Below, in pieces: positions 60,801-64,000 of a stretch of 64,000 nt of DNA. Each line of letters begins with the position of its first letter. The first letter of the stretch is position 1. A program made the position numbers and the translations under genes. Origin of the DNA: Octopus bimaculoides. Lineage: Eukaryota. The DNA lies in contig NC_069006.1 of the NCBI RefSeq assembly GCF_001194135.2, positions 26,096,782 through 26,160,781 on the forward strand, in the 5' to 3' direction. The notes under the pieces are model-generated. The model was given only the letters and a program-made list of their open reading frames with translations, was not told where the DNA came from and did not search any database.

Positions 60801-62287
60801 AAAGGTGTAGGTTGGTAACGAGCAATTAGCTGTTAATTAGAATGAACAGCTTTAATATGAATCTGGTCTAGAATATGCAGATGTATGATAAACATTTTGC
60901 GACAGATGTATAAACTTTACAGTAACATAGAAACATAGCTACGGTGATGTAATTTATAACATAGAACATGGTTATTGTGATGTAATTGCTAGAGGGCTGA
61001 CCACTGTCCTTTGCTGAAGTATTTTTGAACTGAAAATAATAAAACCCAGATTTCTTATAGAAAATATCAGGGATTTTGATGCTTTATCCCTGTTTTTGTT
61101 CAAGAGATGATGGAGCAGTGAAAATAGGTTTATGTTGAGAGTTACTGTCAGGATTTCGGTCCTGTTGTTGTACGATATTAGATTGTTAAATCTTCGGTTT
61201 AAGATCTTTATAAAGGTCATGTGGGTCTGACAAGAGTTGATGGCGTTCTATGTGAATAACTGTTAAAATTTTTATAATTGGCTTGTGTGTCCGAGTGGGA
61301 AGGAGGGAGCCTTCAGGGTTGGGGAGGGGGGCTTAAAATATATTGAATTAATAAACTTTATAATTGCATGTGTTTTCTCAGGTGAATCAGCCAAATCTTG
61401 TGTATTTCTTTGAGAATATATTATTTACATTTGTGACAAGGAAGCCATAAACTTTGTTGTAAATTAAACAGTCGGACTTCATTTGCTCTGACAATTCAAA
61501 AGAATAGGAAATAAGATAATCGCCGTTAACAAAGAACACCATTTCTTTATATCTTTGAGATACCCCCATTCTATTTAACCAATTACCTCTGTGTAATAGT
61601 CCTTCTCAATCTGAGTTGATAAAGGTCTACCGACCCCTTTATTGCACAAGAAGTCTTCATAAAACTTTGTCTTACTGCTGGCTTGCTTCTCAGTTGACCC
61701 CTATTAATTGCATCCCCTAATGTCAGTTTAGCTTTTCAGTAAATCTGAAACCCCAAATCTATTGCTTCTAAAACTCAAAGCACCATTTTTATTCTGAGTA
61801 AATCTTACTTTTCTGATCCCCTTTCTCTCCACACCTCCCACCCCCACCTGGAAGCATCCAGCTTTGTTTGTTCGCTTATAAATCAAATGCAATTAAAAGC
61901 ATGACTTAATTAATGCAATAAAGCACACGGTGTTGTAAGCTACATCCCTGCCACCCGACAGATTTGCTCACCTCATATCTTTATTAAACTGTTTCCCAGC
62001 CATCTTTCAATGTCTCTCACTAATAAAATTAATTCTTGAGTTTTTTTTCCTTTTCATTATAAACCCCCTTCATCATCTGACAGGAAAATATCTTTAAAAT
62101 ACTAAATTTTTAGGCAGGGGTGAGGTGTAAACATTTGAAAATCTACCAATTTTAATCAACTGTAATTGTTTTTATTCTAATTTGCTAGGAATCGAATTGA
62201 TAGTCAGAGCAGCCAGTCAACGTATCGAACATGCAGTACTCCCCCAAGCCCACAGTCCAGTCCTAGCAGCTCAAACTCCACATCAAG
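4518..62287 (+). CDS. RAP1GAP: Rap1 GTPase-activating protein gene (spliced, 3'-incomplete): N-terminal extension, two GoLoco motifs, RapGAP domain, Ser-rich C-terminal region
   Basis: 17 exons read by hand with AG/GT boundaries and mutually compatible phases. Translation contains hallmark RapGAP segments: [87 protein letters not shown]. Confidence 0.96.
5180..5290. repeat. Compound microsatellite (CT)n(TA)n, representative of dozens of (CA)n, (TA)n, (CT)n, (AAT)n, (GAT)n, (TCAA)n and (GGAGT)n tracts
   Basis: Directly visible; these tracts generate most of the spurious [16 protein letters not shown] ORFs and flank most N-gaps. Confidence 0.95.
7280..7605 (-). mobile_element. tRNA-derived SINE, near full-length
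   Basis: Reverse complement begins GTGAAGGTGCATGGCTTAGTGG (A-box-like)...GAGTTCAATTCC (B-box-like), then GTGTCCTTGAGCAAGAC (CORE-like). A related head occurs at about 33490-33540. Confidence 0.75.
9232..9345 (+). mobile_element. Mariner (Tc1/mariner) transposase C-terminal fragment
   Basis: Translates to [38 protein letters not shown], matching the mariner (YSPDLAP)SDYHLF..LK..L.G..F.S.EEVK..V..WL pattern. Confidence 0.85.
13447..13551 (-). mobile_element. Possible Penelope-like reverse transcriptase fragment
   Basis: [35 protein letters not shown] resembles the PLE RT segment IKFT.E.S...I.FLDV.I; the match is short. Confidence 0.45.
13559..13915 (-). mobile_element. Degenerate RTE-clade LINE 3' coding fragment
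   Basis: Minus frames give [24 protein letters not shown], then RRYKG*LKTTGI...[16 protein letters not shown]...KRQERK...[12 protein letters not shown]. This is the RTE C-terminal region with a CxxC knuckle and in-frame stops. Confidence 0.75.
15701..15856 (+). mobile_element. SINE family B (tRNA head plus CORE-like CCTTGGGCAAGT), 5' half
   Basis: GGCTGTGTG.TAAG...GGGTTCAATCC...GCACCTTGGGCAAGT.TCTTCTACTATAGCC; at least 10 homologous copies in the window. Octopus OR1/OR2 are known CORE-SINEs, but identity to them was not verified. Confidence 0.8.
15975..16039 (-). mobile_element. Tigger/pogo-like (TcMar) terminal fragment
   Basis: Reverse complement TA|CAGTAATCCCTCGACTATCGCAGATGTTACGTTCCAACCCCC: a TA target plus a CAGT..CCCTCG terminus. 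Confidence 0.5.
17765..18100. repeat. Imperfect (CTAC/CTAT)n tetranucleotide region
   Basis: Continuous degenerate TACC/TATC/TCTA periodicity. Confidence 0.85.
18650..19150 (-). mobile_element. Degenerate RTE-clade LINE fragment (post-RT region)
   Basis: Minus translation [19 protein letters not shown]...[21 protein letters not shown]...[12 protein letters not shown]...GRRRPR...[15 protein letters not shown] matches the RTE MLHGSETW / NEASMLRWMC / GRGRP pattern, with stops and frameshifts. Confidence 0.85.
19571..19910 (+). mobile_element. SINE family B, 5'-truncated copy with intact 3' end
   Basis: Shared blocks CCAAAGCCTTGTGAGTGGATTTGGTAGACGGAAACTG, GGTGTGTTTACGTCCC.GTAACTTAGC and CCAGCATGGCCGCAGTC...GAAACAAGTAAAAGAATAAAAGA. 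Other copies at about 23215-23440(+), 29330-29465(-), 32690-32850(+), 48455-48660(-), 49712-49945(-), 51160-51320(-), 56145-56285(-), 58575-58680(+). Confidence 0.85.
20560..21310. repeat. Long polypyrimidine (CT-rich) low-complexity tract
   Basis: About 750 bp strongly C/T-biased on the plus strand, with embedded (CT)n arrays. Confidence 0.85.
21997..22073. repeat. Near-perfect 77-bp palindrome (38-bp arms, 1-nt spacer)
   Basis: Centre at 22035; 33 Watson-Crick pairs, 3 G-T pairs and 2 A-C mismatches on the plus strand. Confidence 0.95.
26761..27060 (+). mobile_element. SINE family A (GGCGGCGAGCTGG head; GAGTTCAAATTCCGCC.AGGTC.ACTTTGCCTTTCATCCTTTC core), composite copy with two different tails
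   Basis: tRNA-like head and B-box, shared core, (AAT)n tail. Other copies at about 9122-9215(-), 14130-14225, 28900-29045, 38688-38875(-), 39200-39400, 53340-53460, 53745-53835(-), 57928-58140, 59065-59180. Confidence 0.85.
27558..27764. repeat. Minisatellite, 9 x 23 bp (AAATCATTAGCCTTGTTGATCGT)
   Basis: Counted directly; units 4 and 5 share the same T-to-A variant. Confidence 0.97.
30416..30893. mobile_element. piggyBac-like MITE interrupted by a nested hAT MITE
   Basis: Left end CCCTTTAGCATT, right end AACGCTAAAAGGG+TTAA; removing the insert restores the family sequence. Confidence 0.75.
30433..30683. mobile_element. hAT-superfamily MITE with perfect 8-bp TSD
   Basis: Imperfect TIRs CAGGGCTGGCTAAC and GTTGGCCAGGCCTG; ATTTAAAC duplicated at 30425-30432 and 30684-30691. 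Confidence 0.85.
34099..34200 (-). mobile_element. CR1/L2-type LINE C-terminal fragment
   Basis: [33 protein letters not shown] resembles the SFF.RT..LWN.LP..V.P......FK..IN ending of CR1-group ORF2. Confidence 0.6.
34502..34595 (+). CDS. RAP1GAP: Exon (R)[31 protein letters not shown]
   Basis: T-rich tract plus TTTCAG acceptor; AAG|GTAACT donor; 94 nt, phase 2 to 0, open frame; contains an internal ATG at 34512. Confidence 0.75.
35222..35270 (-). ncRNA. Minimal type I hammerhead-ribozyme-like motif (Penelope-type), variant or degenerate core
   Basis: Minus strand reads GTCT-CCGATGA-A-GGGAAG-TACTGGAT-CTTCCC-A-GAAAC-AGCT-GTA-AGAC: 4-bp stem I, 6-bp stem II, palindromic stem III (ACAGCTGT) and a GUA cleavage triplet. 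U4 is C and there are extra As flanking stem II. Confidence 0.55.
39200..39400 (+). mobile_element. SINE family A full-length copy
   Basis: TGGCGAGCTGGCAGAATCGTTAGCAC...GAGTTCAAAT...GAGGTCGACTTTACCTTTCATCCTTTCGGGGTC...AATAAGTACCAGTT...(ATT)n tail; ends about 165 bp upstream of the GoLoco-1 exon. Confidence 0.85.
39565..39639 (+). CDS. RAP1GAP: GoLoco motif 1 exon ([25 protein letters not shown])
   Basis: TTTTTTCCCCAG acceptor, AAG|GTAAGT donor, 75 nt, phase 0-0; matches the GoLoco pattern F-E-L-L-x-x-x-Q-x-x-R-x-D-x-Q-R-C. Confidence 0.9.
41463..41512. repeat. Inverted repeat, 21-bp arms with an 8-nt loop
   Basis: CAATAAATATATCGAATATAT and ATATATTCGATATGTTTATTG; one T-G wobble. Confidence 0.9.
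42196..42381 (+). CDS. RAP1GAP: Ser/Asn/Thr-rich linker exon ([13 protein letters not shown]...QKSRKEG)
   Basis: TTTTCTTCTACTGCAG acceptor, GGG|GTAAGT donor, 186 nt, phase 0-0, open frame. Confidence 0.8.
43220..43407 (+). mobile_element. Retroposon family F 3' end with (GAT)n tail
   Basis: ...GAGTGGTTGGCGTTAGGAAGGGCATCCAGCTGTAGAAAC...CCCATGCTAGCATGGAAAGCGGACGTTAAACGATGATGATG. Copies at about 10648-10850(-), 18540-18620(-), 19423-19565(-), 20110-20300, 34966-35010, 51355-51565, 60284-60464(-). Confidence 0.8.
44659..44749. repeat. Tandem repeat, 3.5 x 26 bp (CTCCTTGTATTATATACACCCAAGCA)
   Basis: Counted directly; the copies are identical. Confidence 0.95.
45001..45060. repeat. Tandem repeat, 3 x 20 bp (AGTCATACCCGTCATACAAA)
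   Basis: Counted directly. Confidence 0.95.
46505..46660 (+). repeat. Old, diverged interspersed repeat family D (CTAGAAATAGCAGCCAAATCTCCCTCAAATCACAC core)
   Basis: Recognisable core also at about 2335-2370, 4885-4930, 6590-6640, 13050-13110, 18135-18180(-), 22190-22260, 22745-22850, 32455-32490(-), 47515-47590(-), 55370-55500(-), 62445-62560; class not determined. Confidence 0.6.
47986..48150. repeat. 165-bp direct repeat, copy 1
   Basis: Ungapped match to 50996-51160 with 10 mismatches counted by eye (about 94% identity). Confidence 0.92.
49543..49638 (+). CDS. RAP1GAP: GoLoco motif 2 exon ([32 protein letters not shown])
   Basis: Long pyrimidine tract plus CCAG acceptor (tandem CAGCAG follows); CCT|GTAATT donor; canonical D-Q-R triad. 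Confidence 0.88.
50996..51160. repeat. 165-bp direct repeat, copy 2
   Basis: See copy 1 at 47986-48150. Confidence 0.92.
52570..52722 (+). CDS. RAP1GAP: Exon [12 protein letters not shown]...[11 protein letters not shown] (start of Rap1GAP conserved region)
   Basis: TTTAG acceptor, AAA|GTAAGT donor, 153 nt; resembles vertebrate VLGREGPFPLI...ARIYRKHFLGK (recalled sequence). Confidence 0.92.
53479..53582 (+). CDS. RAP1GAP: Exon [34 protein letters not shown](R)
   Basis: TTTTCAG acceptor, AG|GTAAAG donor, 104 nt, phase 0 to 2; EHxNY motif. Confidence 0.93.
54009..54066. promoter_or_regulatory. Two identical DR1-type nuclear-receptor motifs (TGACCTTTGACCC) 45 bp apart
   Basis: Exact 13-mers at 54009-54021 and 54054-54066 equal GGGTCA-A-AGGTCA on the minus strand; function untested. 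Confidence 0.35.
54166..54241 (+). CDS. RAP1GAP: Exon (R)[25 protein letters not shown]
   Basis: TTTTATAG acceptor, AGG|GTAAAT donor, 76 nt, phase 2 to 0. Confidence 0.88.
54460..54526 (-). mobile_element. Solo hAT/Charlie-like terminal fragment
   Basis: Reverse complement CAGTGCTGCTCGAAGTAGTGGTCTGTGGCCCGGTGCTGGTCCG resembles CAGTG.TTCTCAAAGTGTGGTCC-type ends; no partner TIR found. Confidence 0.45.
55634..55687 (+). CDS. RAP1GAP: Exon [18 protein letters not shown]
   Basis: TTTCAG acceptor, AAG|GTAAGT donor, 54 nt; resembles EDVNVDRFYPVLYPK. Confidence 0.9.
56520..56603 (+). CDS. RAP1GAP: RapGAP domain exon [28 protein letters not shown]
   Basis: TTTATACAG acceptor, CAG|GTGAGA donor, 84 nt; DEH and KFGxIYQ motifs. 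Confidence 0.96.
56800..57019. mobile_element. piggyBac-like MITE (about 220 bp)
   Basis: Ends CCCTTTAGCATT and AATGCCAAAGGG, flanked by TTGA and TTAA; CCC..GGG termini with a TTAA target are the piggyBac signature. Partial copies at about 165-295, 1605-1785, 6715-6780, 30416-30893, 52815-53271. Confidence 0.75.
57134..57234 (+). CDS. RAP1GAP: RapGAP domain exon [33 protein letters not shown] (runs to gap edge)
   Basis: CTTTAG acceptor; conserved EEELF and EFL..G..V.LKDF motifs; the donor is hidden by the N-gap starting at 57235. Confidence 0.93.
57235..57777. other. Assembly gap that probably hides a conserved RapGAP exon (FRGGLD...FHVSTxLP...QQ)
   Basis: The upstream exon ends in phase 2 at the gap edge and the downstream exon starts in phase 0. 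No FRGGLD-coding sequence was found in 57778-58361. Confidence 0.8.
58362..58517 (+). CDS. RAP1GAP: Catalytic exon [52 protein letters not shown]; asparagine-thumb codon AAT at 58386-58388
   Basis: Pyrimidine tract plus ACAG acceptor, AAG|GTGAGA donor, 156 nt; RKRHIGND is the established RapGAP catalytic signature. Confidence 0.98.
58798..58869 (+). CDS. RAP1GAP: Exon [24 protein letters not shown]
   Basis: CAATAG acceptor, AAG|GTAAGT donor, 72 nt. Confidence 0.96.
59359..59445 (+). CDS. RAP1GAP: Exon [29 protein letters not shown]
   Basis: TTTTAG acceptor, GGG|GTAAAT donor, 87 nt; [10 protein letters not shown]-type motif. Confidence 0.96.
59585..59821 (+). CDS. RAP1GAP: Exon [17 protein letters not shown]...[12 protein letters not shown]...EDEKTPPV
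   Basis: GTTTAG acceptor, GTG|GTGAGT donor, 237 nt; RTRAALL..LY and F..SFKRV motifs. Confidence 0.95.
59944..60017 (+). CDS. RAP1GAP: Exon [24 protein letters not shown](M)
   Basis: Long pyrimidine tract plus CCAG acceptor, AT|GTATGT donor, 74 nt, phase 0 to 2. Confidence 0.8.
60204..60595. mobile_element. hAT (Charlie-like) MITE containing a nested family F retroposon
   Basis: TIRs CAGTGGTTCGCAACC and GGTTGGGAACCACTG (14/15 match); TSD GTTTAGGG and GTTTAGTG (7/8); insert at about 60284-60464 inside a (TA)n tract. Confidence 0.85.
62189..62287 (+). CDS. RAP1GAP: Ser/Pro-rich exon (M)[32 protein letters not shown](R)
   Basis: TTGCTAG acceptor, AG|GTATAC donor, 99 nt, phase 2-2 matching the previous exon; no stop, so the gene continues beyond the window. 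Confidence 0.8.
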
Positions 62288-63827
62288 GTATACACAACCA
62301 CATTAGTAGTCATTACAAAAGCAAAACATCAAACATTGTCTGACGTTTTTAACAAACAGAAAATAAGAGAGAAAGACAACAACTGGTCTATCACACACAC
62401 ACACGTGTTAGTATGTTGAGCCTGTTACCAAGGCAACCTCTCTGTTGTCACCTGACCTGCTAGAAGAAAAAAATAGATAAACAACATCTGCTCATCTTAA
62501 ACCTAGATACACTGTGTCTGTGAAAAAAAAAAGGCAAGATGGTCATGGATTGAAAGCCTTGGATTCCAGTTCTCACTGATCAGGATTCACATAAAATATA
62601 TTAAAACTAATCCATATATATATACACACACACACATATATATATATATATGTACATACATACACACACACACATATATACATACATACATACACACACA
62701 TATATATATACACATACAGACACACACATATATACTTACAAATATACATGCATACATATACACACACACACACACAGAGGGTTGTCCGAAACATTGAATC
62801 TAATGGCTTTTTGCTTTTTATTTTTTAATAATTTTCTCTCAAATGGTTCTCTTATGGAATTTATCTGACTGCATCAAAACTGTTCTCATGGCCCTGAGAT
62901 TTGGGTCCTTACTTAATGAGCTCCCAGCAAGGGTTTCAACAATTTTGATCTTTTGAAAGTTTTGAGTCCGTACCAGTCTGTAAAGTAAAAAGAAATATGT
63001 AAAATAAATACAAAAAGAATGTACATACAAACCAAGCATATACATACATGTGTGTGTGTGTGTGTGTGTAGAATAAGAAATAGAAAGGAAAATAAGGAAA
63101 GTTTGCAACAATCCAAAGAGGAATGTCTCTGTAGGGTGCAGCCCCTTGAAAGCCAACTGCATCCTTCAAATATATTGAGGTTTTACAACTTTCCTCACTG
63201 CCTCGTTAGCTTTCCTCATCTCCAATTTCATTTATTATTATACTTCTATACCACAATGCTTCAAGCAAACTATAACACTTGTCTTATATACATGTGTGTG
63301 TGTTAGGCCAATTATCTATAGATCTCGAGTTTTTGGGGCCACTCAGTATTCCATATCTGTAAACTCACTGAGAAGGACTCAAAGGACCAAACACTTCACA
63401 TCTGTTGTCTAAGTTTCTGTAATTTTCATTGGGGTCGTTTTTTGTTGCACAGCTTGCACTTATATCAGTTTTAGAAATATTTCTGCAGAAATTCACAGAG
63501 CATGAAACTTGAGCTACACTTGCAGCAGGTTACTTGAGTCCACACTTCACTTTATTTTGACCCCGCCCCCCACAAGCATTCCTTCACAGCAACACAGAAA
63601 TATATTTACATGAATCATCTAATTCATTTGTTCATACAGTAATGGATGTGAATGTAATTAAGTAAATGAATCTATATTACACATACATATATATATATAT
63701 ATACGCACATACATATATAAATATATGCACATACAAAGTGTGGAGGTTTAGTTCACAAGTGATCTCAACGATTGGGTGCGCTGTCTATGATCAAGCACAT
63801 CACACCCATGGCCATCCTGTGAACACC

Positions 63828-64000
63828 ACCAACTTATGCAACACAGGCCTTTCCTAAGACTGTCTGGTACCAACTTATACAACACAGGCCTTTCCTAAGA
63901 CTGTCTGGTACCAACTTATACAACACAGGCCTTTCCTAAGACTGTCTGGTACCAACTTATACAACACAGGCCTTTCCTAAGACTGTCTGGTACCAACTTA
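63828..64000. repeat. Minisatellite, 41-bp unit (ACCAACTTATACAACACAGGCCTTTCCTAAGACTGTCTGGT), 4 full copies plus a partial, running off the window
   Basis: Counted directly; the first unit has one substitution. Confidence 0.97.

Noticed and set aside
60972-61260. Minus [19 protein letters not shown]... as a Penelope GIY-YIG remnant
   Set aside because: Only a vague resemblance; the GIY/YIG and Cys motifs are not recognisable.
5030-63306. Numerous 60-290 aa ORFs rich in [16 protein letters not shown] or X
   Set aside because: They are translations of dinucleotide microsatellites and N-gaps, with no splice-phase or homology support.

Overview
AT-rich, intron-dominated animal genomic DNA with 12 N-gaps, most flanked by microsatellites. 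The repeat content points to an octopus (coleoid cephalopod) draft assembly; this is inference, as no taxon is given. The window holds most of one plus-strand spliced gene, a Rap1 GTPase-activating protein (Rap1GAP/RAP1GAP1-2 family). I traced 17 coding exons (4518-62287) with GT-AG boundaries whose phases join into one reading frame. One further conserved RapGAP-domain exon is absent and probably lies in the gap at 57235-57777, and the gene continues past the right edge. The protein has two GoLoco (G-alpha-i binding) motifs on separate phase-0 exons, the first with a non-canonical N-Q-R triad, followed by a RapGAP domain with the catalytic HIGND asparagine. Nearly all ORFs in the six-frame track are microsatellite or gap artefacts. 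The introns contain several tRNA-derived SINE families, RTE, CR1 and Penelope-like LINE remnants, a mariner transposase fragment, piggyBac-like and hAT MITEs (two nested insertions with target-site duplications), minisatellites, long hairpins and a Penelope-type minimal hammerhead-ribozyme-like motif.
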